From contig OZ246001.1 of the NCBI GenBank assembly GCA_965230295.1, positions 3,456,001 through 3,520,000 of the forward strand: DNA of 64,000 bases, read 5' to 3'. This document shows, piece by piece, positions 1 to 9,345 of the stretch. Under the pieces are notes generated by a model that was given only the letters and a program-made list of their open reading frames with translations, was not told the origin of the DNA and ran no database searches. The DNA comes from Marinicella sp. GTDB taxonomy: Bacteria; Pseudomonadota; Gammaproteobacteria; Xanthomonadales; Marinicellaceae. The translations under genes and the position numbers were made by a program. Each line of letters opens with the position of its first letter. Position 1 is the first letter of the stretch.

Positions 1-624
1 TATTGATCTTTTAAGTCGATTCAGATTGCTTTGTTGCCAAGCAGATCTGGGTGTTCTGATCTTGCCTTTATCAAAGTCAATCAAATAGACCTCATCTCCT
101 GCCAATAAAATGTTGTTGGCATTCAAATCAGCATGGTAAATGCCTTGGTTGTGGAATTTCTTGATCACCGCACCAATTCTAACCCAAATGTTGTTGTCAT
201 CATTGATTTCAGTCAAATATTGCGCAAAAGTCTGATCATGCTTGATGTGTTCCATGATGAGGTCATTGCGATAAAACAAACCTCTTTTTATGACTTTGGC
301 AGCCACTGGTCTGGGGCTGGGTAAATCCAAGACCTGTAAATGGAGCAATAATTTAAACTCTTTCACGGCTCTGGTTTTGTTGATGCCCGTCCACAAATAA
401 CTGTCTTTACTGATTTTGGCATACAGGCCACCTCTGAAGTAATGACGCAGCACCCACTTGCCCAATTCAGATTTGATGATCCATGCTGAACCGCGACCTG
501 AGTTGGCCCCCAATAAACGGCCTTGGTTCAACCAAAATGCCTGCTCAAACCATGCTTTTTCTATCATGGGTTTGACGGCTTCTTGGCATAAAATCCACAG
601 ATTGTTTTTTTTGATGGCTTGCAA
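1..624 (-). CDS. kdkA: 3-deoxy-D-manno-octulosonic acid (Kdo) kinase, 3' end outside window
   Basis: Manual translation of the minus strand from TTG at 624 gives ...GRGSAW...VLRHYFRGGL...HADLNANNILL...LIDFDK, an open frame running off the window edge. It is divergent from a GT9 gene, as is usual for kdkA. Confidence 0.85.
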   Translation of the reverse strand, partial: MQAIKKNNLWILCQEAVKPMIEKAWFEQAFWLNQGRLLGANSGRGSAWIIKSELGKWVLRHYFRGGLYAKISKDSYLWTGINKTRAVKEFKLLLHLQVLDLPSPRPVAAKVIKRGLFYRNDLIMEHIKHDQTFAQYLTEINDDNNIWVRIGAVIKKFHNQGIYHADLNANNILLAGDEVYLIDFDKGKIRTPRSAWQQSNLNRLKRSI

Positions 625-678
625 AATAGATTTGTAAAACTATGGTGATAGAATGTGCTATTTTAGTTGATTTTATCA

Positions 679-1743
679 ATGACAACAATGCAAGTCGAAG
701 TGCCCAAAACAATTTGTATTTTCCGCATATCTGCGATCGGGGATGTGACTCATGTGGTGCCAGTGGTCAAAACAATCCAAGCCAAATACCCGGGTGCAAA
801 ACTGACCTGGATCATTGGGAAGCTTGAACATCGTTTGCTGAAAGGGTTACCTGGGGTTGAGTTCATTGAATTCAATAAATCTGCTGGGTGGGCTGGTCTT
901 CAATCACTAAAAAGCCAACTCAAAGGCAGGCGTTTTGATGTCTTGTTACAAATGCAGTTGTCATTCAGGGCCAATCTGGTTTCGCGTTTCATCAAAGCCA
1001 AGCGCAGGATAGGCTTTGATAAAATCAGAAGCAAAGAATTACATGGTATAGCGATCAATGAGCGCATTCCATATCTACACCATTGCCACGTGTTAGATGG
1101 CTTGATGCAATTCGCTGAATACCTTGGTTGTGAAGCACTTTTGCATGACTGGCTTATCCCTGTGAGTATGACAGATCAACAGTGGGCTATAGCCCGGTTA
1201 AAGACAGGGCAACCCAATGTCATCATCAGCCCCTGTTCAAGTCATGAACTGAGAAATTGGTCCAACGAACAATATGCCCGGTTGGCTGATTATTTGGTGA
1301 CAGAATACCAGGCTCATGTGATCTTGACAGGCAGTCCGTCACCCAAGGAAAAAGCCACGGTCAATGCGATTGAACAATTGTGTCAGCATCCAGTGACCAA
1401 CCTGGCTGGACAAGACACCTTAAAGCAGCTGTTGAGTTTGATGCAACAGGCAGACTTGGTCATTTCACCAGATTCTGGTCCGTTGCACATGGCGGGCAGT
1501 GTGGGTACACCAGTGATTGGTTTATTGGCTGCCAGTAATTACCTGCGCTCGGGCTCTTATCAATACCCGGAACTCACAGTAGATGCTTATCCAGCGGCTT
1601 GTTTGAAATATCTGAACAAGCCAGTTGATGCGGTCAAGTGGGGGACCAAGACCGAATTTGAGGGCGCCATGGATTTGATCAGTCTTGATGCTGTGATGCG
1701 TAAGGTCGTATTGGCTGACGAAAAGTTTGGCTGGTCAGGTTGA
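679..1743 (+). CDS. Glycosyltransferase family 9 (LPS heptosyltransferase-like)
   Basis: RISAIGDV N-terminal motif and SPDSGPLHMA motif. Start is ATG 679 or 688; the ORF track starts at 667. Confidence 0.9.
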   Translation: MTTMQVEVPKTICIFRISAIGDVTHVVPVVKTIQAKYPGAKLTWIIGKLEHRLLKGLPGVEFIEFNKSAGWAGLQSLKSQLKGRRFDVLLQMQLSFRANLVSRFIKAKRRIGFDKIRSKELHGIAINERIPYLHHCHVLDGLMQFAEYLGCEALLHDWLIPVSMTDQQWAIARLKTGQPNVIISPCSSHELRNWSNEQYARLADYLVTEYQAHVILTGSPSPKEKATVNAIEQLCQHPVTNLAGQDTLKQLLSLMQQADLVISPDSGPLHMAGSVGTPVIGLLAASNYLRSGSYQYPELTVDAYPAACLKYLNKPVDAVKWGTKTEFEGAMDLISLDAVMRKVVLADEKFGWSG

Positions 1744-1760
1744 GCCTTTTGGTTTTGATT

Positions 1761-1878
1761 GTCATCCTGAGTGAAGCGCGAGCGGAATCGAAGGATCTGG
1801 TGATGATTTCGTGATTTTATGGCTAAAACGCTCTTTTGTGTGAAGAGATTCCTCCACTCGTACCTCAGTCGGAATGAC
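1761..1878. repeat. Nested imperfect inverted-repeat element (REP/RPE-like, GTCAT...ATGAC ends)
   Basis: GTCATCCTGA...GAAGGATCT-spacer-AGATTCCTC...TCGGAATGAC lying between convergent genes. Confidence 0.6.
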
Positions 1879-1907
1879 TGAAAATCAGCAAATTTTAATT
1901 TTCAGGA

Positions 1908-2471
1908 TTAATTTCGAGTACCACAGCCATCAATGCGATCATCCGTCGTGGTATCGGCATGTAAATGCTCAACAAAATTACATGGCTTATGGGTACTGTC
2001 TAACTGTTCTTTGAGTATGCTTTCCCAAGCGGTTCGACAGGCATTGGTTGAACCTGGCATGCATGCAATGAGGGTACCATTGGCCATCCCGGCCAGTGCT
2101 CTGGACTGTACAGTTGAAGTGCCAATTTCACCGTAAGATATGTGCCTGAACAATTCTCCAAAACCAGGTACATCTGCCACAAATAATGGTTCAACGGCTT
2201 GTGGTGTGTTGTCTCTTTGGGTAAATCCGGTTCCACCGGTGATCAATACAACCTGAACATCAGCACGGTAAATCCAGTCTGAAACCACAGCCCTGATATG
2301 GAATAAGTCGTCTTTGATGATTTTCCTGTCTGCCAAATGGTGACCGGCTTCGATCAGTTTATCCTGTAACAGCTGTCCAGAAGTGTCGGTGTCTTCATTG
2401 CGGGTGTCACTGACTGTCAAAACGGCTATTTTCAGCGGTTTGAAAGTTGAATTGCTTAAGTGTGAGCTCAT
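1908..2471 (-). CDS. moaB: Molybdenum cofactor biosynthesis protein B
   Basis: IAVLTVSDTR, ITGGTGFT.RD.TP, MPGSTNAC and PCNFV motifs. Start is 2471 or 2477. Confidence 0.93.
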   Translation of the reverse strand: MSSHLSNSTFKPLKIAVLTVSDTRNEDTDTSGQLLQDKLIEAGHHLADRKIIKDDLFHIRAVVSDWIYRADVQVVLITGGTGFTQRDNTPQAVEPLFVADVPGFGELFRHISYGEIGTSTVQSRALAGMANGTLIACMPGSTNACRTAWESILKEQLDSTHKPCNFVEHLHADTTTDDRIDGCGTRN

Positions 2472-2529
2472 GGTCATATTATATTGATACTGTGTGACTA
2501 TTATAATTTAAGTTCGATGAAAGGGTTTT

Positions 2530-2565
2530 AAAAAAGGCCTTCAATTTGTGAGTTTCGAAGGCCTT
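2530..2565 (-). terminator. Rho-independent terminator of the nar operon
   Basis: AAGGCCTTC...GAAGGCCTT stem followed by a U-run on the minus strand, just past the narI stop. Confidence 0.7.
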
Positions 2566-2591
2566 CATTCATTGTGGTTTAATGGTGAGTA

Positions 2592-3263
2592 TTATCCTCG
2601 TTTTCTGACCACTTGATACCCTTTGCGAAACAGGTACTTAGCCGGTGCACTCCAGACATGGACCAGACGGGTGAATGGAAACACCAAAAACATGGTCAAG
2701 CCCAAAAAGATGTGCAGCTTGAAAATCATCGCTTCATGCACAATGAAATCAGCAGCACCTGATCTGAAGGTAACGATGTGCTGGGCCCAATTGGCCAACG
2801 CAATCATAGAACTGCCATCAGGGTGTTGAGCAGAGGCGGGTATGGTTAACAGACCCAGAATCAATTGCACAAACAGCAACAACAAAATAAAAAGGTCAGA
2901 AAACTTGGTGGTGGCCTTGACCCTTGGATTGGTTAAGCGGCGGTGGATCAAGATGACCATGCCAACAAAACAAATGGTACCAAAGATACCACCGGCAACC
3001 ATCGCCATCATTTGTTTGGTCGCTGCTGACATGAAAATATGGTAGATGCTTTCAGGCATCAACAGCCCAACCAAATGGCCAAAAAACAACAATATGATCC
3101 CCACATGGAACAGGTTACTGCCCAAGCGCATGCCTTTGGATGAAAGCATTTGGCTGGAACTGGCTTTCCACGTGTATTGATCACGGTCATACCTGAAAAT
3201 ACTACCGAGTAAAAACACGGTAATGGCAATGTACGGATAGATTCCAAATAAAAATTCATTCAT
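2592..3263 (-). CDS. narI: Respiratory nitrate reductase gamma subunit (cytochrome b)
   Basis: RYDRDQYTWKASSSQ, FHVGI..LFFGH and FPFTRLVH motifs; position in narGHJI. Confidence 0.97.
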   Translation of the reverse strand: MNEFLFGIYPYIAITVFLLGSIFRYDRDQYTWKASSSQMLSSKGMRLGSNLFHVGIILLFFGHLVGLLMPESIYHIFMSAATKQMMAMVAGGIFGTICFVGMVILIHRRLTNPRVKATTKFSDLFILLLLFVQLILGLLTIPASAQHPDGSSMIALANWAQHIVTFRSGAADFIVHEAMIFKLHIFLGLTMFLVFPFTRLVHVWSAPAKYLFRKGYQVVRKRG

Positions 3264-3967
3264 GACATGGCTCCGGTTGAATTAAAGGGGTGACCTTTGG
3301 ACTCTTGAATGTTGACTTTGATTTTTTGGTTCAAGTAATTGCGTGACTTGAATGGGTTTTTACCAAAGGCTTCTGGTTCAACCCATTGTTTATCAATGTC
3401 TTCGAAACTGACATCGTCTTGTTCTTGGGCCACCATTTGTTTGATTTCTTTCCTGTTGACCTTGCCCTTACTGAGTTCGGTCAAGGCGGCAAAAGCATGT
3501 TTATAATCCAGTTTCTTCTTGGCCAGTCTTTCTTTGACCAGCATCAAAACCTTGGCCGTTTCGCCCAGGACTTGACTGGCCTCTGCAGGCGTTCCTGAAG
3601 ATAAAAACTCCAAAAACACCGGCAAATGGTCAGGCAGTTCCGAGGTGGCAATGCCATAACCATTGGCGCTGTACATTTCCATCAAATCAATCATGGCTTG
3701 TCCACGGTCTCTGGATTCTCCATGGATGTGTTCAAACAAATGCAACGAATGTGCAGGGCCACGATCAAAAGTGGCCACATAGTATTCCTGCAGCTCGATC
3801 AAATCATCTGCCTCTAAACGGTCCATCAATTGGCTCAAGCCTTTGATTTTGGCTTTGGATAACAGCTTCTCTTCTTCCAAGACCTGTCTGAATTCGCCCA
3901 AATGATCAAGCCATTCTTGTCTGGGGTAGCTGAGTAATAAACTGAGTACTTTATATGTTTTCATCAT
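3260..3967 (-). CDS. narJ: Nitrate reductase Moco assembly chaperone
   Basis: LFEHIHGESRDRGQAM and ELPDHLP motifs; 4-bp overlaps with narH and narI. Confidence 0.96.
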   Translation of the reverse strand: MMKTYKVLSLLLSYPRQEWLDHLGEFRQVLEEEKLLSKAKIKGLSQLMDRLEADDLIELQEYYVATFDRGPAHSLHLFEHIHGESRDRGQAMIDLMEMYSANGYGIATSELPDHLPVFLEFLSSGTPAEASQVLGETAKVLMLVKERLAKKKLDYKHAFAALTELSKGKVNRKEIKQMVAQEQDDVSFEDIDKQWVEPEAFGKNPFKSRNYLNQKIKVNIQESKGHPFNSTGAMS

Positions 3968-5550
3968 GACTCCTTAGGCAATTCGTTGCTGTTTTGACCC
4001 CTGACCTTACCGTTCATGGTGTTCTTTTGTTTGGTCGAATCAAAAATGTTGAGTTTGAGTTTGCTGCCAGCACCACCATGACAGCCGTTACCGAAACTGA
4101 AACCACAAGAACCACGGTTTTCAAATGCCATTTCATTATCGAAAGGTGTTTCACCTGAGTATTCACGGTGATTGGTGGGGATTACAAAGCGATCTTCATA
4201 GTTAGCTAGTGCAATGGAGCGGTACATTTCATCCATCATTGGTTCATCGACACCATGGTCTTTCAATAACTCAAGGTCAGTGACACCATCAACCGTTTTA
4301 CGACGCATGAATTCCCTGAGCAACATGATGCGTTCCAGGCCCAATCTGATGGGCTCGGTCTGGCCGGCAGTTAACAAGTTGGCCAAGTATTTAACGGGTA
4401 TTCTGAGCTCATCCATTTTGGGGAATACCCCATCGGAGGAAATCAACCCTTTTTGCATGGCTGTTTTGATTGGTGACAAGGGAGGTACATACCAAACCAT
4501 CGGTAAAGTGCGGTATTCAGGATGTAATGGAAAAGCAATTTTCCATTCCATTGCCATTTTATAAACAGGCGATTTCTTGGCAGCTTCAATCCAAGCCATG
4601 GGCACACCGTCAGCCAAAGCTTGTTTTTGAACTTCCGGATCGTTGGGATCAAGAAAGATGTCCAATTGTGATTGGTACAGGTCTCCTTCATCTTCGATGC
4701 TGGCGGCTTCACCAATTTTATCGGCATCGTAAAGCATGACACCCAGGTACCGGATCCGACCCACGCAGGTTTCAGAGCATACTGTAGGTTCACCTGCTTC
4801 AATTCTGGGGTAACAGAAGGTGCATTTTTCAGATTTACCACTTTCCCAGTTGAAATAGATCTTTTTGTATGGACAACCACTGACACACATACGCCAGCCA
4901 CGACATTTATCCTGGTCGATCAGGACGATACCATCTTCTTCACGTTTATAAATCGCGCCTGAAGGACAGGTGGCCACACAGGACGGATTCAGACAATGCT
5001 CACACAAGCGTGGCAGGTACATCATGAAGGTCTCTTCAAACTGGCCGTAGATTTCCTTTTCTATCTCAGAAAAGTTGTAATCTTTGCTGCGCTTTGAAAA
5101 TTCACCACCCAATATTTCTTCCCAGTTGGGACCTTTATCGGGTTTTTCCATTTTTTCACCAGTCAAAGCAGAGTGAGCCCGTGCTGTGGGTGGTGTTTCT
5201 ACTTCCGGGGCATTTTGCAAGTGTGCATAATCGAAGGTAAAGGGTTCATAATAATCATCGATTTCAGGCAAGTCAGGATTGGCAAAGATTTTACTGAGCA
5301 ATTTCAATTTGCCGCCCATTTTGGGTCGGATTTTGCCATTCTTCAGCCGTTCCCAGCCGCCGTTCCATTTGGCCTGATTCTCCCAGTCATCCGGGTAACC
5401 AATACCAGGTTTGGTTTCAACGTTATTAAACCAGGCGTATTCAACCCCTTCACGAGAAGTCCAGACATTTTTACAAGTCACAGAACAAGTATGACAACCA
5501 ATACATTTGTCCAAGTTTAGGACTTTACCTATTTGTGCTCTTATTTTCAT
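3964..5550 (-). CDS. narH: Respiratory nitrate reductase beta subunit (Fe-S)
   Basis: LNLDKCIGCHTCSVTCK and the further Cys clusters CEHCLNPSC, CRGWRMC and CTFC. Confidence 0.98.
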   Translation of the reverse strand: MKIRAQIGKVLNLDKCIGCHTCSVTCKNVWTSREGVEYAWFNNVETKPGIGYPDDWENQAKWNGGWERLKNGKIRPKMGGKLKLLSKIFANPDLPEIDDYYEPFTFDYAHLQNAPEVETPPTARAHSALTGEKMEKPDKGPNWEEILGGEFSKRSKDYNFSEIEKEIYGQFEETFMMYLPRLCEHCLNPSCVATCPSGAIYKREEDGIVLIDQDKCRGWRMCVSGCPYKKIYFNWESGKSEKCTFCYPRIEAGEPTVCSETCVGRIRYLGVMLYDADKIGEAASIEDEGDLYQSQLDIFLDPNDPEVQKQALADGVPMAWIEAAKKSPVYKMAMEWKIAFPLHPEYRTLPMVWYVPPLSPIKTAMQKGLISSDGVFPKMDELRIPVKYLANLLTAGQTEPIRLGLERIMLLREFMRRKTVDGVTDLELLKDHGVDEPMMDEMYRSIALANYEDRFVIPTNHREYSGETPFDNEMAFENRGSCGFSFGNGCHGGAGSKLKLNIFDSTKQKNTMNGKVRGQNSNELPKES

Positions 5551-8500
5551 TGCTCACCTCCTTGGGCCAAGCCATTTTCTTTCCATTCGACGTTCTCCAT
5601 CTTGCGCACCACCACAAATTCATCCCGGTTGGAACCGACGGTGCCGTAATAGTTAAATCCATAGGACAGCTGGGCATAACCACCCACCATATGGGTGGGC
5701 TTAACCACCGCTCTGGTGACTGAGTTGTGGATACCACCCCGGTGGCCAGTGGCCTGGGAAATTGGGGTGTTGATGGTTTTCTCCTGGGCGTGGTACATCA
5801 TGCTCATGCCTTCAGGTACTCGCTGTGAAACCACAGCCCTGGCAGCAATGGCGCCGTTGACGTTATACAACTCGATCCAATCGTTGTCTTCGACACCAAT
5901 TTTTTCGGCATCAACTTCACTGATCCATACCACTGGACCACCACGATTCAGGGTCAACATCAACAAGTTTTCAGAATAGGTTGAATGAATGCCCCATTTT
6001 TGATGCGGGGTGATCCAGTTCAATACCACTTCTTTGTGACCGTTGGCTTTGGCCTGTTGAATCGGGGCCACGGTGCGGGTGTTGATGGGTGGTTTGTAGA
6101 CGCAGAATCCTTCTCCAAAATCTCGCAGCCACTTGTGATCTTGGTAGAAGTGCTGGCGTCCTGTTAAGGTTCGCCATGGAATCAATTCATGCACATTGGT
6201 GTAGCAAGCGTTGTAACTGACGTGCTCGTCTTCCAGGCCTGACCAAGTCGGAGAAGAGATGATTTTTCTGGGCTGCGCTTGGATATCGCGGAACCTGATT
6301 TTTTCATCTTCTTTGGGTTTGGCCAAATGGGTGTGATCACGTCCAGTGAATTTGCCCAGGGCTTCCCAGGCTTTGACAGCGACTTGTCCATTGGTTTCTG
6401 GCGCCAATGACAAGACCACTTCAGTGGCATCGATGTCAGATTCAATTTTTGGCATGCCTTTGGAAACACCTTCTTCGGTGACTTTCTGGTTCAAACGACC
6501 CAAGAATTCCACTTCATTTTTGGTGTCCCAGGCAATGCCTTTACCGCCATTGCCCAGTTTTTCCATCAACGGACCCACTGAAGTGAATTTCTTGTAGGTG
6601 TTGGGGTAATCCCGCTCTACCTCAACCAAATTGGGCATGGTTTTACCGGGAATCGGTTCGCATTCGCCTTTTTTCCATTCTTTAACATCCAGGGCTTGGG
6701 CCAATTCGCCCGGTGTGTCGTGTAATATGGGCACAGTCACCAGGTCTTTTTCGATACCCAAGTGACCCACACAAACTTGCGAGAATTTTTCAGCAAAGCC
6801 TTTGAAAATTTGCCAATCACTCTTAGACTCCCAAGCCGGATCAACCGCTTTGGATAAGGGGTGAATGAAAGGATGCATGTCAGAAGTGTTCAAATCGTTT
6901 TTTTCATACCAGGTGGCGGTTGGTAAAACGATGTCTGAATACAAGCAGGTGGTAGACATCCTGAAATCCAGTGTCACCACCAGGTCCAGTTTGCCCTCGG
7001 GTGCCTGTTCATGCCACCTCACTTCACTGGGTAAGGTTTTACCCATTTCGCCAATGTCTTGGCTCATCACGGCATTTTGGGTGCCCAACAAGTGTTTGAG
7101 CATGTATTCATGGCCTTTACCCGAAGAACCCAAGATGTTTGAACGCCAAATGAACATGTTGCGCGGGAAGTTGTCCGGGTTATCGGGGTCTTCACATGAG
7201 AAGGCCAAATCCCCTGATTTCAACTGCTCAACCGCAAATTCAGCGCAGGATTTTCCCGCGTTGGCAGCGTCTTTGGTCAGTTGTATGGGGTTTTGTTGTA
7301 ATTGTGGTGCTGAGGGTAACCAGCCCATGCGTTCAGAGCGCACATTACAATCAATCAATGAGGTGTTGCTCCATTCACTTTTATCTGCCAATGGCGATAA
7401 AATTTCATCGACTTCTAATTTTTCATAACGCCATTGGTTTGAATGGTTATAGAAAAATGAGGTGGAGTTCATTTGACGTGGTGGGCGGTGCCAATCAAGG
7501 CCAAAGGCCAGTGGCAGCCAACCGGTTTGTGGACGCAGTTTTTCCTGTCCGACATAATGGGCCCAACCACCACCGGATTTACCGACACAACCACACATCA
7601 TCAGCATGTTCATGATGCCTCGGTAGTTCATGTCCATGTTGTACCAATGGTTGATGGCGGCACCCAGGATGACCATGGAACGGCCGCGGGTTTTATCGGC
7701 ATTGTCGGCAAACTCTCTGGCAATCCTGATCACCACGTCTTTATCAACTCCGGTGATTTTTTCTTGCCAAGCTGGTGTGTAGGGCACATCATCATCAAAC
7801 GAGGTGGCACAGTTGTTATCATTCAGGCCTTGGTCAACACCATAATTGGCCATCATCAAATCAAACACAGTGGCAACCAATACTTCGCCATCTACGGTTT
7901 TCACTTTCCTGACAGGTACTTTGCGCTTGATGATTTCATCATGATCTGTGTGTTTGAAAATTTCCTGATCATGTTCTTCTGATGCAAAATAGGGGAATGA
8001 AACCTCAACCACATCATCATGGTTGTTGATCATTGATTTAAGTGGCCAAATTTCAGACCCGTCCTCGGTGTTCTTGGTTTCAAGGTTCCATTTTCCTTTG
8101 TCTTCACTCCAACGAGAACCGATGGTGCCATTGGGGGCGATGATCTGATTGCTCTTTTCATCAATCAACAAGGGTTTCCATTCAGCCTTATCAGCTTGAT
8201 TCAATTTGGCCACATCACTGGCCCTTAATGTCCGTCCAGCAGCATAGCCGGATTCATGTTGGTCCAATTTGATCAAAAACGGCATGTCGGTATAGGTACG
8301 ACAATAATCATCGAAATAATTACTGGGGTTGTCGCGGTGGAATTCAGTGAGGATGACATGTCCCATGGCCATGGCCAAAGCCGCATCGGTACCTTGTCTG
8401 GCTGGCATCCATTGGTCGCACAACTTGGCCACTTCTGAATAGTCAGGCGTTACAGCCACAGTTTTGGTACCTTTGTATCTGGCTTCAGTGAAGAAGTGCG

Positions 8501-9296
8501 CATCTGGTGTTCTGGTTTGAGGTACGTTAGAACCCCAAGCCATGATGTATGAAGAGTTGTACCAGTCAGCACTTTCAGGCACGTCTGTTTGTTCACCCCA
8601 AGTTTGAGGAGAAGAGGGTGGTAAATCACAATACCAATCATAGAAACTCATACAGGCGCCACCTATCAGTGACAAGTACCGACTGCCCGCAGCATATGAG
8701 ATCATACTCATGGCTGGAATCGGTGAGAAGCCTAAGATTCGATCGGGTCCATATTGTTTGATGGTGTGTACGTTGGATGCAGTGATGATTTCATTCACTT
8801 CATCCCATTCCGCACGAACAAATCCTCCTAAGCCCCTGATTGATTTATAAGATTGACAATCATCTTCATTGGCCATGATGGAGGCCCATGCATCCACCGG
8901 GTCAGAATGTTTGGCTTTGGCTTTGCGCCACAAGCGAATCAATCTCCCCCTGATCATGGGATACTTCAAACGTGTTGCACTGTATAAATACCAAGAATAA
9001 GATGCACCACGGGCACAACCACGTGGTTCATGATTGGGCAAATCTTCACGGGTTCTGGGATAGTCAGTTTGTTGGGTTTCCCAGGTGACCAAGCCCCGTT
9101 TCACATATATTTTCCAGCTACAAGATCCGGTACAGTTCACCCCATGGGTTGAACGGACAATTTTATCATGCGCCCAACGGTTGCGGTATGCACGTTCCCA
9201 ATCTCGGTTTTCATCGGTGGTGATGCCATGACCGTCAGAAAATTGTTCTGGTTTCTGTTTGGTTAAGTAAGTTAACCTGTCTAAAAATTGGCTCAT
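5547..9296 (-). CDS. narG: Respiratory nitrate reductase alpha subunit
   Basis: RSTHGVNCTGSCSW (FS0 ligands), FYDWYCDLPP (Mo-ligand Asp) and TPHQKWGIHS; 1249 aa. Confidence 0.99.
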   Translation of the reverse strand: MSQFLDRLTYLTKQKPEQFSDGHGITTDENRDWERAYRNRWAHDKIVRSTHGVNCTGSCSWKIYVKRGLVTWETQQTDYPRTREDLPNHEPRGCARGASYSWYLYSATRLKYPMIRGRLIRLWRKAKAKHSDPVDAWASIMANEDDCQSYKSIRGLGGFVRAEWDEVNEIITASNVHTIKQYGPDRILGFSPIPAMSMISYAAGSRYLSLIGGACMSFYDWYCDLPPSSPQTWGEQTDVPESADWYNSSYIMAWGSNVPQTRTPDAHFFTEARYKGTKTVAVTPDYSEVAKLCDQWMPARQGTDAALAMAMGHVILTEFHRDNPSNYFDDYCRTYTDMPFLIKLDQHESGYAAGRTLRASDVAKLNQADKAEWKPLLIDEKSNQIIAPNGTIGSRWSEDKGKWNLETKNTEDGSEIWPLKSMINNHDDVVEVSFPYFASEEHDQEIFKHTDHDEIIKRKVPVRKVKTVDGEVLVATVFDLMMANYGVDQGLNDNNCATSFDDDVPYTPAWQEKITGVDKDVVIRIAREFADNADKTRGRSMVILGAAINHWYNMDMNYRGIMNMLMMCGCVGKSGGGWAHYVGQEKLRPQTGWLPLAFGLDWHRPPRQMNSTSFFYNHSNQWRYEKLEVDEILSPLADKSEWSNTSLIDCNVRSERMGWLPSAPQLQQNPIQLTKDAANAGKSCAEFAVEQLKSGDLAFSCEDPDNPDNFPRNMFIWRSNILGSSGKGHEYMLKHLLGTQNAVMSQDIGEMGKTLPSEVRWHEQAPEGKLDLVVTLDFRMSTTCLYSDIVLPTATWYEKNDLNTSDMHPFIHPLSKAVDPAWESKSDWQIFKGFAEKFSQVCVGHLGIEKDLVTVPILHDTPGELAQALDVKEWKKGECEPIPGKTMPNLVEVERDYPNTYKKFTSVGPLMEKLGNGGKGIAWDTKNEVEFLGRLNQKVTEEGVSKGMPKIESDIDATEVVLSLAPETNGQVAVKAWEALGKFTGRDHTHLAKPKEDEKIRFRDIQAQPRKIISSPTWSGLEDEHVSYNACYTNVHELIPWRTLTGRQHFYQDHKWLRDFGEGFCVYKPPINTRTVAPIQQAKANGHKEVVLNWITPHQKWGIHSTYSENLLMLTLNRGGPVVWISEVDAEKIGVEDNDWIELYNVNGAIAARAVVSQRVPEGMSMMYHAQEKTINTPISQATGHRGGIHNSVTRAVVKPTHMVGGYAQLSYGFNYYGTVGSNRDEFVVVRKMENVEWKENGLAQGGEQ

Positions 9297-9345
9297 TTTA
9301 AAACCCTCAGTTTAATTAATTTCATAGTTAGTCGACCTCACTCAA

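Noticed and set aside
2478-2591. Possible Moco riboswitch upstream of moaB
   Set aside because: The region is short, AT-rich and explained by the nar terminator and a -10 box. An Rfam scan would settle it.
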